DNA from: Phoronis australis
Lineage: Eukaryota > Animalia > Phoronida
Assembly (NCBI GenBank): GCA_002633005.1
Contig: NMRA01000660.1
Span: 113,442 to 177,441, forward strand
DNA length: 64,000 bases
Reading direction: 5' to 3'
The position numbers and the translations under genes are program-made. The notes beneath the pieces were generated by a model. It searched no databases. It was given only the letters and a program-made list of their open reading frames with translations, and was not told the origin of the DNA. Shown here piece after piece: positions 26,791 to 40,054 of this stretch (position 1 is its first letter; each line of letters starts with the position of its first letter).

Positions 26791-28123
26791 CTAAAGAAAG
26801 CAGAACATGTAGACTTTGCTTTTAACTTGAGACCAAAATGTCATTAAAAAGGGATCAGGTGACCATTTCCTTATAGTAAAATTTAGCACAAAAGAAAGGT
26901 TCTAGTACATGACAAAAATTCATTCGATATATACTATCAAAATGAACTCTCAAGCGATTTGCAACAGTTTTTACAATATCATTTCAGTTTCGTTTTATTC
27001 AACTTTTGTGTTCACAAAACTCCGACATCACATGCACGAGTGCAACGTTTTAAAAACAATTCCTAAAATGTGTGCATCAAACAAAGTACATCGACCTTTC
27101 ATATCAATCAGTCACTTCCGAGACAAGATGTTTTGAACTTCGTCAAATTTGTGCTTTTTTCTACTGCCTACCTGTACATAATAATATATTGGTGGAAGTG
27201 AATGCATTAAGGTGAGGGGCCGTATTGGGGATACAGTTTTATCAGTAAACAATACCCACAGTATATTTGGAGTGGGGAGATCAAATGCTATGGTTCTACG
27301 AAAAAGAACTCATCCAGAAGCTCCATACTAAAGCATATTGATGCCCTTTCCACAAACGACCTCATGCTAGTGACGATACTTCAGACCTTAGTTTACGGAG
27401 ATAACAGCAGTAATTTTTTCATTTACACGTTCTATTGAAAGTCAAGTGCCTGGCAATATTGTTTTGGAAAATCAGTAGAGGGTTAAACAAACAGAAATCT
27501 TAACGACGAAACAACGACGAACACACTCAATCGACTCGCTGGTTACCTGCTTACCTTTAGGTGGTCATTAGCCAGGACACAGGAACCACTTAATTTTCCT
27601 TGGCTAGTCGAATTCTCAACAGGCAGCCCTTTACCCAAACAGACTGGCATGACTGATGGAGCAAGTGTAAATGTGTTCTGTTGTTCAGACAAATCGGTCC
27701 TTAAAATTTATGTTCAAGAAATTTGAAACCTAGAAATGGTCGTTGCGCCTTTTTGGAGTGCATCTTTTTACTGTCGACGACTTTTGTTTGCGATAGTGTT
27801 CTGTATTCATACAGTGTGAATAACACATAGGTTAAATCGGCCAGATATGTGATTATTGTACATGTACACCTGTACATGTATGTGCTTCAAGTACGCCGGC
27901 TATTAAACACAACTGCAGAAACGAAATACTTGGTGCGACGCCAATTGACCACTCTAAAAATCGTCCAAACTGCGCCACTTTTTCAAGGTGTTGCAAAGCT
28001 AACCAATGACTGCTGAGGTTACATCAACCAAAGCTAAAGCTCGTGTCACAGCTTGATACCTGCGTGTTGGCTTGGCACGTAGGGAACCAACAAGATTTAA
28101 TCGACAGCACGTGGGAAACTTAC

Positions 28124-28258
28124 GTCATCATTTTGATTCGCATCACTCAGCATGACGATCACGTGGCAATCGTGATCGTGAACCATCCTCCAAAAATCAC
28201 CAACGGTGTTGGGTAACGGACTCTGTGTGACGATGAATGCATCCCGTTGATTATATCC
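28124..28258 (-). CDS. RPTP D2 exon ([45 protein letters not shown])
   Basis: IxTQxP, DFWRMV and IVML PTP motifs; 135 nt; cag/gtaag boundaries. Confidence 0.96.
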
Positions 28259-28524
28259 CTGAAAGCGTACAGGTCCATGAGACAGCGATGTGACCAACCG
28301 AGAGCAATGGATAGATGCTTTTCTGAAACCTTCCCCCACAAGCTCAAATGGGTTAAAATCGACGAAAACACGACGTTGCAGATCCCAAGGTTTGATAACA
28401 AAAGAAATATTTGACAAATTATGAACGTGGAATATTCCCAACTGTTAGCAATTGAAAAACACACTAACAAAATCACCGAGTAAGACTGGTGGTCACGTTC
28501 ATCTCAAGCATTGTGTTGCATCAC

Positions 28525-28846
28525 CATATGCGGATCCAGGATTTTGAGTTAGGGGGGCAGAGCACAGGAAAAACCAGAACTTTCGCAACATGCGCGCACC
28601 CAGCCTAAAGCGTAAGGATGTAGGGAGTCTTGAACTTTTGGTTTTGTGGACGTTATTACTAACAAAAAACGCTAAACAGGGTTTGTTCAGGACTATGCAA
28701 TGTGCATTCGGCCTCCGAGCCCCCCTAGGTGCGCGCATATACCATTCACCAATTTGCACCCCGAACTGCCAAATGAAATCTCGGAGAATTTTAGGTGGGC
28801 GGCATGGCCTCCTTGAACCCCCGCCCCTCTTATAAATCCGTCGATG
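28525..28846. mobile_element. hAT-type MITE in an RPTP intron
   Basis: CATATGCGGATCCAGG / TAAATCCGTCGATG ends; GC-rich interior. Confidence 0.6.
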
Positions 28847-29659
28847 AATACTGTGTTCGTTGCGTTCAAGTTGTTGGAATCAAGACTCTGAACAACTGTC
28901 GGATCGAATAATACAGACAACAACGAAAGTTACAGTCAACGCAAACGAACAAGTATTAATTCCAGATCTTCGGACTTGCATTTTTATTGTCAAGGACACT
29001 AAAGTGATATTGCACCATGTGCTAGGAACGAATAACCACGAGTATAAATTCAAATATCAGAGAAACAAAGGCAAGGGTGACATCTATGGCAATAACAGAA
29101 AGCAACTGAGTTTTAAATAAAGAGGCGGGAACAAGGGATCAATACATTTCTGTTGACTACACGCGTTTCACTGCTGTCTATTTCTACCACCAGTCAGTTG
29201 CTGAGTGAGTAAACCTTCGATCACACATTCCATTTACCATGAAGGTGTTGGATTTATGATTGTACATAATATACATGTACATCGTGTCACGAATGCATGA
29301 AGGAACGGTAAATCAGAAAAATGAAGCTGCAACCAAAATGTGAAATTAAGAAAAGCAATACTTGCAGCTATATCAAATTTATCTACAGAAATGAATACCA
29401 ATGTTAGTGTAAGTGTCAACGTGTCTTTAACATGGCCCTTGCTCTGGTGAAAAGGAATTTTGGACATACCAGTGGGATGTAACAGACAAATTATAGACAA
29501 AGCTCGGCTCCGAAATGATTCCTGTGACACATTATGGTGTAGAGTCAGGCAGTTCTCCAGAAGTAACAAACTGTTCTGTCCAAATCCAAAAAGCATATTT
29601 ATTTCGTGGCCTTAACCTTTTTGACGGGAGAATGACTTTGCAGCATTAGTTTCACTCAC

Positions 29660-29736
29660 GTTCACGAAGACTGCATTTATGTAGTCATTTCCTCCATCGT
29701 CGGCCGCCGTCATCAAGTAGGGACGAGATCGTCCAA
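29660..29736 (-). CDS. RPTP D2 exon (GRSRPYLMTAADDGGNDYINAVFVN)
   Basis: DYINA motif; 77 nt, phase 1-0; canonical splice sites; frame continues from the previous exon. Confidence 0.95.
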
Positions 29737-30174
29737 CTGAAATGATGAACAGAACGAAGTATTAAAAAGTATTCTTAACTGACAACAAACAGTTCCACCC
29801 AATAATTGAACAAAACATTGGGTAATACAAATATGGCGATGTATGGGCTTCAACCAAGAACAAAGTAAGAAACATCGCTAGATAATGAAAGCTTGCCGGC
29901 TGTTTCAGGGTGGAATACAGATTTTATTTTCCCCATGAACATATTCAGAGCGAAAGTAACACTATTAGTGAGAACCAGAGTTTACACAACTTAGCCCTGT
30001 AACCCTTTAAAGGTAATGATGGGTATAACGGGGTTGATGATCGATGTTCACATATAAAGTTATGAGGTGGGCTTAACTAAATCAACAAAATCAGTTTTGA
30101 GTTTCAGTTTTCACTTCAAAGTGGTAATTTTCCTCGTGCTGTAACTCAAAAGGTATCAAAAACTTTAAACCCAC

Positions 30175-30274
30175 GTGGTAGAATGTTTGGATCTCTATTC
30201 TTGGAAGAGTTTTCTGTCAGTTTCCCAGCGGCATACTCCTCGGCGTCTGCAGCCAGGCACAGTCGATTTAGAGT
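30175..30274 (-). CDS. RPTP D2 domain exon (TLNRLCLAADAEEYAAGKLTENSSKNRDPNILP)
   Basis: Manual translation; AG/GT boundaries; 100 nt, phase 0-1; matches the NxxKNRxxxILP motif 1 of classical PTP domains. Confidence 0.93.
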
Positions 30275-30414
30275 CTACAATGAGAGGCAATGACCGAGAT
30301 TACAACAAGTAAGAACTGAATTAAGCACATTTGACTTTACCAAGTACTACGCACTAAGCATCACTTCCGTTAGGATTACATTCACCCCTGGAAAGAGAAT
30401 CAACTTCAACAATG

Positions 30415-30482
30415 TCTACAACAACGACGGCGACGACGCGACGACGACGATGACAACAACCACCACGATGACAATAATAACA
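30415..30482. repeat. (CAA/GAC)n microsatellite
   Basis: Visible. Confidence 0.9.
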
Positions 30483-30695
30483 TACCGGTACATGTAAAAC
30501 GTCAAGAAACGATAAATGTAAGGTCAACTAGCACATGGAAACAAAAACAGGAATTCCACGGGAGAACTTATTACTTATAAAATCTCTCCGATGGACATAC
30601 TGGCCGGTTACATTTTCGTTGATAGTTTGACAGGAAGGAGATAAACATTCGCCGCAAAGTGCTTGCAGCGGACCGTGGTTTACAAAAATACTCAC

Positions 30696-30719
30696 CTTGA
30701 GCTCTTTCTTCAAAGTTGT
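30696..30719 (-). CDS. Short or truncated D1-D2 linker exon (TTLKKELK)
   Basis: Strong gtgagt donor in frame with the next exon; resembles the LEKEFK-type linker; upstream sequence looks intronic, with a possible AAG acceptor. Confidence 0.55.
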
Positions 30720-31979
30720 CTTGTATGACAGCAGAAATAGTGTTAAAATGATGAATATGCCAAATTGAAACCTCCCGTCCACATTACGTGTGAACTGTAG
30801 GTTACTCTGGACGCCTGTTCACTAAAGACCTAATCGCCGCCTGGCGATATAGTGGCTTTCAATTTAGCGCTGCTATTTCAAAAATCAGTGGTATTTGTTA
30901 ATTGGGCACACTTTTCTCAAGTACAAATCTTGTAAGGCTTTGAGGACGGGGTGTTTGTTTGATTGCCACTATTTCACCCATGCCAGTATAATTAAGACAT
31001 TACCAAGAAAGGTCAAGTGACAAATCAACGATCTTTGGCCATTTTACGAAAGCAAATCCAAAATGATCGCTCAACTATGAAAGAAAGCCGTTATAAAGAC
31101 CGGTACTCTGTTAATGTTAACAGAATATGACTAGTTTATGTGTTCTATGACGTAAATCAATGGCGTAAATGTGGTTAGAAAATGCTGACTAAAACGAGCA
31201 TCGGTTATCGGAAATTCATACACCTGCCCCTGCATGGGTATACCGCAGGTGCATAGATGGCGCTATTGTCATTTAAATATTTCTGAAAGCTCAGCGTAGG
31301 TAACAATGGTACCAACGGTAGAATCCACATCTGCCGCCGGTATAAGCAAAGTCCCTGTTCGCCAAATTCTGTTTACGGCAAAACATAGTTATCAAAGACC
31401 TCAATGAACTTATTTTCAGGGGGACGCCCAGCCTTATATACTGTATGTGAGGCTCGAAATTCCGACGATGTGGACGTCCGAAACTGCGAATTGTGCGTTT
31501 AAGCCTATTTAGTGGACTTTTGACTCGTTCTCTCGGACTTTTTGTTTCTCTGAGGTGGACGTTTTGCCCAATTCGCCAAACGGGAGGTTCGTTCGAGCCT
31601 CCCCAACCCCTATGGGTGTTAAAATAACATTCTTCCTACCTTTTTGTAAAGCAATGAAGCAGGTTTCATCAATATATTTGTATTGAACAACAATACACTC
31701 AGACACAGTCAGGGCCGTAGGAAGCGGGGAGGTAGGAGTACGTGCGCCCCAAAAATTTGCAGTCGTTAGAGTTAAATGGAGCTATTCGGAAAATCTACAA
31801 TAACTAGAGGGCGTGCGTGTACTAGTGGTGATAGATTAACAGCCTCGATTTCGCGAGCCCTTTAAATACATGGTGAAATGGCTTGCAGCCGAGCCAACTG
31901 AATCTGAGATTGCGTAAAAAGGGTGCTCTATGAGAGGAAGTAAGCACGACCTCATACAAAGGTAAGGTTTGTGCTTATT

Positions 31980-34900
31980 TTAAGGATTATTCCATGATTA
32001 TTCTACCGATGCCTGTTAACTGAGGTACTCGCCGATGTCGACTTCGCGGCAATCAGTCGCCAGTCTGGTTAATCTTTGTTTGTTGTGATATGTGATACGA
32101 TACTTGACGTAACAATCGGAATCTTTTCGTACATCAAAGCATTATTTTTGTTTGGAATAATTTCTAACAGTTTATCAGTGACAGTTACATCAATCAATGC
32201 TGAATGGTTATCTGTCAACTCGATACAGCTTAATGAGTTAAGATTACAATCCAAGCCCAATGGCAAAGGGTACATGAGTGACAAATATCCATTGCATTAG
32301 ACTATTTGTTTACTCCCTATCATATGTCTTCTGGAAATCTATTACACGTTGAAATGGAAATCTATCACGTCTGTTTTCACATAACATTTGTTTTTTAGGT
32401 TTGAGGGCTTATACCGTTCAGAGGAGATATGCATCGCTTCTGCACCGTGCCTGAATGGACAAAATTGGTTTTTAGCATTTGGCTACAGCTAACCCACAAG
32501 ATCTTCCCATCCAGTGCAGATCTGTTGCCAAAGCCTACTTTCAATATTGGAGACAAAGCCTTTGAAAAGGACCAGCTATTTTTAAAGAAAGGTAGGTGAG
32601 TCATTTTGTTAATTTACTTATTCAGGTCCTTAACGAGGGATTGGCATAGGGGGTTGGGGTTGTAATATTTGGTACAACTGAATGTGTGGAAATAACAGGT
32701 AATACATGTTTGGGGAAAAGAGCATGGTGAGGTAATTCTTAACCTTCATGAAGTCCCTTCAGTTGATTTCATGAAACTGTTTTGCTACTTGTATCAATTG
32801 TAAACCCATGAAAATATGTTACATTTTCTGAATTCACAGTGACTGAATAGTCTTAACTCATGCCTTGAAATGTTGCAAGTCGTTATAAATTCAAATGACT
32901 GCCACTTTTGTGAAATTGCATTTTTGATGGTGCCTTACGATTTGTAATTACTCTTAAACAACAGAAAGATTATCCATCATTTTTAAATGACCCAAGTCTT
33001 CATATCTTCTATTAGAAGAAAAATTAAAAATCTGAGAAACAGTTCCCTCAACCTTAGACTAGACCCATGAACCTGTAATCTAAAAAGTTTAAAATTGCTG
33101 AAAGTATCAAAATTAAAAAGGCTTGAAAATGGGTAACAAAGGTTTGAGGTTGTCTCAAAAAACTTGTAAATTGTGCAGAAAAATGATGCGTTTAAAGAAT
33201 TGTTATGGCTAGGAATAAAAATAGTCACAGTTTTATGCAATACGTATTATATACACCCTTGGTTTCTGAAAATAGTAATTATTTAATTTTATGTGAAACT
33301 GTAGAGCAGTCACCATATATTTTTGAAAAACAGGGATAACATTTTTGATCCAATCTGGAGTACTTAATTATTCATATTTCAATATTTGTTCCAGGTTCAG
33401 TGACATTTTAAGGCCACTTCAAGCTGTATCATAGGCAAGCTTTGTTACTCCGTTCTCTTCCCACAGCACTTCCAAACACCAGCAGTGCTGTATGGCACAA
33501 TGTACAAGTCAGTGGCCCTGGAGAAATGTGAGTCGCAGAACTAAGTTACCATAAGACAATGTGGCAGTGGAATGTCTGAGTATTCAGATGAACTATATCT
33601 ACTGCTACACAAATAAACCTTGTTGGTCAGGATGCCCTTCCGTCATGTGTCGACAATAGTTTATTTCCTTTCCTGGAACAAACATGAGGGACTGAAGCTG
33701 AAGATGACCTAGTGACACTCTGGTCTAGTTCAGGGTCTGATTTTGGGCTCAAAACGATTCAAGTGATATGCTGCTGTGTTTACCTTCAAGGGTCTAATTG
33801 TGGATGTTATTGAGGCTGAATGAGGTTACATGAAAGAAAGCCACATGTTGAAACTGGACCTTTTTTACAAGCGCTTCTATAGGCCATTGAAACTAGATCC
33901 CAATGAAATGAAAGCCAAAAGCTGAGTGACATTAAATTTTCCTTTCAGAAGAAAGGCTTTATACTATTGGTAAAAACTTTTCAATTTGGTACACATTATG
34001 GGGAAATGACATTCTGTGACTGCATCGATTGTCTTATTGTATGTTTTCAATTGTAGGTAGCTGGGTAAGAATCTGCTATGCACAAGATTCGAGAATAAAC
34101 AATTATCAGTGTATTTAAAAACAAATGGCAAACTGAAAAAGCACAGAAAGAAACAACACTACGACGGAGTCCGTAATCAGGCATATCAGGTGCTGAATTT
34201 CTGAATTATGTTCAATTCTCTCAGGTTACTGCTGAAGGATTGCTTTTCACTTTGTCCAAAGGTAAAATAGATGGTCGGGCGGTTGGTTTCAGTTGTTTTT
34301 TCTCACCTGTAACACAATAGTCAGAGAAATATTAGCAAATTTTAAAAGAAAAGACAAGACGAAACTACTTTTTTAAGGCAGAACATACTTGACGTTTCAT
34401 GTTCATGTTTATGTGTAGAAACTAATAACCTTTGTACCCAAGTCTTATTTAATATCTGAATTAAAATATGTGAAACAGGCTAAAAGTGATTTAACAATGT
34501 GTATTTTTCATGACACTTAAAATGTGTTTCTGATCTCAACAAATAAAATTCATTCTAGGTGTCAATTTTTTCCAATGCAATGAATGTTATTCATGTTAAT
34601 TCGATAACTGATCTGGTAGTCCTGGGGGTGGGGTCCACGATAAAATAAGGAAACTCACTCATCTAGAGAGTTTTATTGAAAACAGCATAGTTTTGAAGAG
34701 AAGCTGCTGTGAAAAAGTCACCCTTGACTTCTGTACATCACGTACAATACACCTCTTATTTTGGGAGCACTCCTACCCAGGACAATATGAATATGTGCTG
34801 CTAGCCTACCCGGCATCAGGTGAGTTTCATAAAAGTAACACTTGGTTCCACTCAATAAACCTGTTATTCAGTTGGTTAACTGGTGGGGATAACATCACCG

Positions 34901-35758
34901 AACGATGTTGATAGAAACTGATTGCTAAAAACTTACCAAGTAATGTTGTGTAGTCTCCCAATGGAACTGCATAGTCATAGGCATAGAGCACACGCGGAGC
35001 TTCAGCATCCACACACTTTTTGTCAGTTAGTTGGCCCTGTTGACCGCAATTGTCCACGAATATAGTAAACTTAGGTCTTTTGGGAATGTTTGGCCACCTG
35101 TCGAAGACTTGCACCAGGGAAATTAGCAGTGATAAGGCTTAGCGCTACGACGTATTTTGATAAAAATTCCATCTTTTACCAGTTGTTTACATGCAGACAG
35201 CCACGCATGCGCAATTCAATCACCACTAGTACAGCAGCGACACCGCGAGGAGAATTCTCCGAATAGCCCCATTGTGGAAAACGACATAGGGGTGGGGCCA
35301 GGGACAGTCGAGAAAAGAAAGACTGTGAAATACTGATAAGAGAGAAAATTCAAAAGTAAATTTACCAACTCAGAATCAGTGCATGGTTTACCCTTTGAAG
35401 GCCCTGGGCAGGCTATTGTTGTTAGGGTCTCCGTTTTTGCAGCACACGTCGTCTAAAACGTTTTGAAAACGTACACTTTATCAATCATACTTATATTTCA
35501 AAAAATTGAGAACATTTGTAAAGCTAAGCTTTTGCGTTCACGGGCTTTTTAAATTTAATATGACAATTTTGAGAATGCAAAACTATATTTTCCAGAGCAT
35601 TTCTCTGGCAAGGGATAACGGAGACAACTGTCGCTTTAGAAATTTTCTCGAAAATGTATATCACTTGAGGAAAACTGATGCCTAACAGATAGCATCAATT
35701 GATGTGCATTTTCTGATTTTTAGAAGCAGAGATTTTTTCATATTTAGGGGCCTAGCCC
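31980..35758. mobile_element. Possible large decayed DNA transposon with convergent ORF remnants
   Basis: Stop-riddled exon-like pieces on + (about 32400-32590) and - (about 33780-35110), incl. LKPTARPSILP resembling the THAP AVPTIF box; right end CCC-TTAA; left end uncertain. Confidence 0.35.
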
Positions 35759-38569
35759 TTAAAGGGGGCCATTGATATAATTTAAGTCCTGCTCGTGTTT
35801 ATATTGACAAACTCTTTAGAAAGGGCCGCTCACGGAGACGGGGCGAAACATTGAAATCGATTTCCTCTATTTTCGTGTTTTTTTTCAAATCGAACAACAG
35901 GCTTTCCTGTTGAGGGAGATCACTTCTTGCATGGTCACAAGCCCATGGAATGAAGGGCACTATTTTTCAAGATTAACGATGATAAGCCTTTCATTTTAAG
36001 GTGTCCCATTTCGGACGGAACCCTCTCTCGGTGGAGCAGTTTCGGCGGAAATGTCCCTTTGTCACTCTAAACATATAAATCCAACACTGCCAAGTATTAA
36101 AGGGAAAGTTGAGATTCCAAAATTATCAAAAACACAAAACATTCGTACAAAGAACAGCAGTATCAAGATATTCGACCCAAACGAACTTCAAAAACACAAT
36201 TGGTATGACCGCCATCGAAAAGGTGGAATTTTTAAAAACGTGAAGTTCACTATTTCAGTGTTAATTAAACAAAAGGACTATTTTCCCATGGTTTATTAAT
36301 AAGCAATTGTTACTTTTTTCCCACAGTATCACAAGAATAGTACTTCTGTTGAAGATCGTTACTATGAGTTGATGAGTTGTTTGTAATGAATTTGCACACG
36401 TCAAAAAAAAAAAACTGCCGGGCTTATAGTTTGTGATGACCGTGTACATATCGAATGGGGGTACTCAAAGTACTCGCAATCATAAACTAAGAATTCAGCT
36501 TTTCTTGGAGTTTCAGTTCAACGCCTTTAGCGTTGTACATGTAGGTACCTCTTAAATGAGTAAAATACACAAAATACGAATGTTCCATCTTCCATATCCG
36601 TCACAAATCTGCAAGCACGCCTGAGGAAATTGCTTATACCGATTCGTTTTGATAAATGAATTCGTTGGTTTCTGATTTACATGTTTAGGCATCAAGGATA
36701 TCGACACTTTTTGTTGATGATTTTTGACAATTAAAAAGTTAATCTTGTAAGAATTCATGATGTTTCAGTGAATTTGGTTACAGCCTGGAAATGAAAACTT
36801 TATAATAAATGTATAATCCGATCCCCAAATAGAAAAGTACACGACCTTGACTATCAAAAATAACTCTCAAAGACATTGATGAAATTAGAACAGTTCCCAA
36901 AAATATATTAACAATGCAAATGACAAAATATGCATTTCTTTTTGAATTGTAGCCACACAATTTGTTGTTAAAAACTTACAAACGGGATCAAAAAACAATT
37001 AACTCATTAAATCAAGGTAAACGCATTGGTCATGGAATCAATTGTTGATTAATGATTTACATGTTTTTGTATCTAAGAAAATCAACTGATTGAGAGATGA
37101 TTTTTGGCAATTAGAACCCAATCTTGTAAGAAATGACGATACTTCACTGGACTTAGTCGCAGACTGACATTGGAATTTTCGATCTATCACCAGATCCCCA
37201 AATAGCAAAGAACACTTAACGATTTTTGTCTATCTGAAATAAGTCTCAACGATATTGATGAATGTCGGACAGCTCTACATGTTCTCACAATTCAAATGGC
37301 AATATATTGTTTATTGACTTAGAAAAAAGATTAGTGGTTTAAATTCACAAAGCGTAGATCGAAAAAGAAGTTTAAGTCCTTAAATAAGTGTAATTAAACC
37401 TATTGTCCTTAGTGTTCCCACTACACTTAAGCTTCGGTATTCACTCGCTTTTAAATACTACTACTTTAAGCAAAGATTCGCTTGCAGATTAACTATCGGA
37501 GTTAACCTTTCCCACTCACAGAAACTTCGGTAAAAGCAACTCAAGATTTCACTTTCTTTTCATCTGAATAAGAAGCAATCTTATGCCACTTTGGCAGTAG
37601 TAAGTTGCATAAATCGAATACTTCTGGGACGGAACGTGGGTTTCTCTCCGTTTTAACGTGTACCCCCCTATCACAAAACCATAAAAACATCGGCGCTAAC
37701 AAATGGAGCATTTCTATCAGAGTTTTAATACAGGAAGTTTGATGAATGATTAGTGAATGTTTTTCCCTATCGATGAATCTTTCAAAGAACAACATTTTTG
37801 CATAAACGCAAGGCCATGGAAACATTCAAGTACAGTGTAGGAAAAGGTAAAGCGTTGATAGTAACCGTTGGGTATATTGGACTCGATTCGTAGTCTTAGA
37901 AAAAATATAATTTGTGAATTAACGGTCGCTGGTTACTTAGGTATTTTAAGAAGAAATTAAGAGAACGTGTAACATTAAATCTAAATTTCTATAGTTTTGG
38001 ACTTGAGAGTTTTGTAACTGGCTCGCCTATAGAACAATGAATGTTCCTGACTCTGTTGAACCGGCGAACCTCTCATACTTACAAACTGTAAGCAAACTGC
38101 GCATAACTCGGTGTTCCATATCTTCCAAAGAAGCCTAAACTGTACTTCCCGTTACGTAAAATTTGAGCATTGAACTTTTGTTTCGTCCGTGAAGGCTATT
38201 TCCACCGGAGCCTAAGGGAACGTCTTTGACCCTTTTACTAAAACTGGCCACTTAGATCAGGTAAGGTTGAAAATTAAACGTAGACTAGTTCCTGGAAGGA
38301 ATGAACCGACACCGCCTTATCAGTGATTTTTGGATCACGCAAACGTGTTTTATGAACCCCGCTGTCCTTATCATGTGAACACGACAGTTTTATCAAAGTT
38401 TAATCACTTACTATTTGTATGCCCGAAACACTGCATGCTGAGTATGCCAGGGGATGGAGCGCAAAGGTCACAGGTATAAACTGGAGCATAAGTTGGACTA
38501 AGATAACGACAATACGAGGAACAAGGAAGTTCAATGCTTTATAGGAATGGTGTGGAGCAGATATTGTTA

Positions 38570-38606
38570 ATGGAGAACCGACACATATCGTGTTTGCTTA
38601 TTATTT
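38570..38606 (+). CDS. Putative first coding exon, right paralog (MENRHISCLLII)
   Basis: 37 nt from ATG to gtaagt, same length and phase as the left copy; start of a hydrophobic signal-like stretch. Confidence 0.5.
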
Positions 38607-39740
38607 GTAAGTATTGTTTCGCTCACCTTCCTGCATTTCTCTGTTCAGCTATGCTATATGTACGAAAATAACATACTAGCTTTCAATCTGTACGACGCAA
38701 GCAATGTGTATAACGGCATACATCCGAAAATTGATAAGAAAGGACTTATGGACTGTGATCGTGTTTATATGTTCCTATTCATTAGGTTATCCTGTCATTG
38801 TCCTTCTTACGGCATTCATCGAGTAAAGAAGTATTCGGGATTTTGTAAATTCGTTTTTCAAGATTTGATAAGTATGTCATTTTCGAGCGATAGCTCATTT
38901 TTAACACACAAAACATCACATTTGTATGTTTTCAGTACTGTTAGCTCATGTTCGTATATGCAATTGCTTAATTAGTGTTAAATTGAATACACGCCAAAGT
39001 CTAATGTTTTGTGAAGCTTCAATAGCGTGAAATCAGGGGTCCATGGCTTTGTTTTACACGCACAGGCTGATGAGCCTAATATGTAAATCGTGCACAAATG
39101 CGGTAGGTATGCAAATGGATATCATTATTAGTGCCTGAGAATTCAAACGGGGACCGCTTTCAGTGACATGACTGTAGACTTTAACATCATAATTTACATG
39201 TATTCGGAAAGGTGTGTTAACGTATTAGATCAGCCACTTGAGCGACTTTTGCAGAGCCAAATGCCTACTTGTAATGTTGATGTGCATGAAAGGACTTGGA
39301 TTTCAAATTTCTAATTATTTTTGTACTCGACAGTCAGTTAATGATTCTAGGCCAAAGACCTTTAAAGTCAAAGTTGTGCACTGCTACTTGTCTTGAAACA
39401 AATAATTTAGTCAGAGATGTTGGCAGCCTTACTTAGTAGAAGGGCATTCTTTACTAGTGAACTATTATGTCGACCCTGCTTTGGCTAAGCCGCGTTGGCC
39501 GATTACTTGTTAGTTATTTCAGCGAATTCAACGCAAGTTTGAAGCATGTAGAAGCCAAACCATCAGATTAAAAGTGGTTGAATGTGCAATGAAAAAATGG
39601 TGTACAATGATTCACACAAATAGGTAACTTGAGGAGAGTCATCATTGTAGATAAACGACGCAGGAAAGAGCGTGCAGGTGTCATTAATTATTCGGAATGT
39701 ATACATGTAGGACGCTCAGGCTTGCCCACGTTTTACCCAG

Positions 39741-40054
39741 GTATTCATAGTCCTTTTACAATATCATTTTCATTTCCTCAATCTTGGTGTGAAACCTACG
39801 TCATCAGCTTAACTACGACTCAAAAACGCAATGAGAGTTCCCCTCTGCGATTCAGCTTGACTTTCCATGTATCAAACATTTTATACGAGACAGATGACCA
39901 GCAGCTTGGTTGGCCAATGTTAGGCCTACTTGTTCGTGACTTGTCACTATACATGTACAGCAAATGCGGTCGTAAGCAGTGTACATGTATGCCTGTAATG
40001 CGTGTAAGACTGATTCAAGAACAAGTAATAACGATACACTTTAGAGACAAATGA
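39741..40054 (+). CDS. Candidate second exon (CIHSPFTISFSFPQSWCE...IHFRDK*), product unknown
   Basis: ttttacccag acceptor, phase 1 compatible with the 38570-38606 exon; about 100 open codons. Confidence 0.3.
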
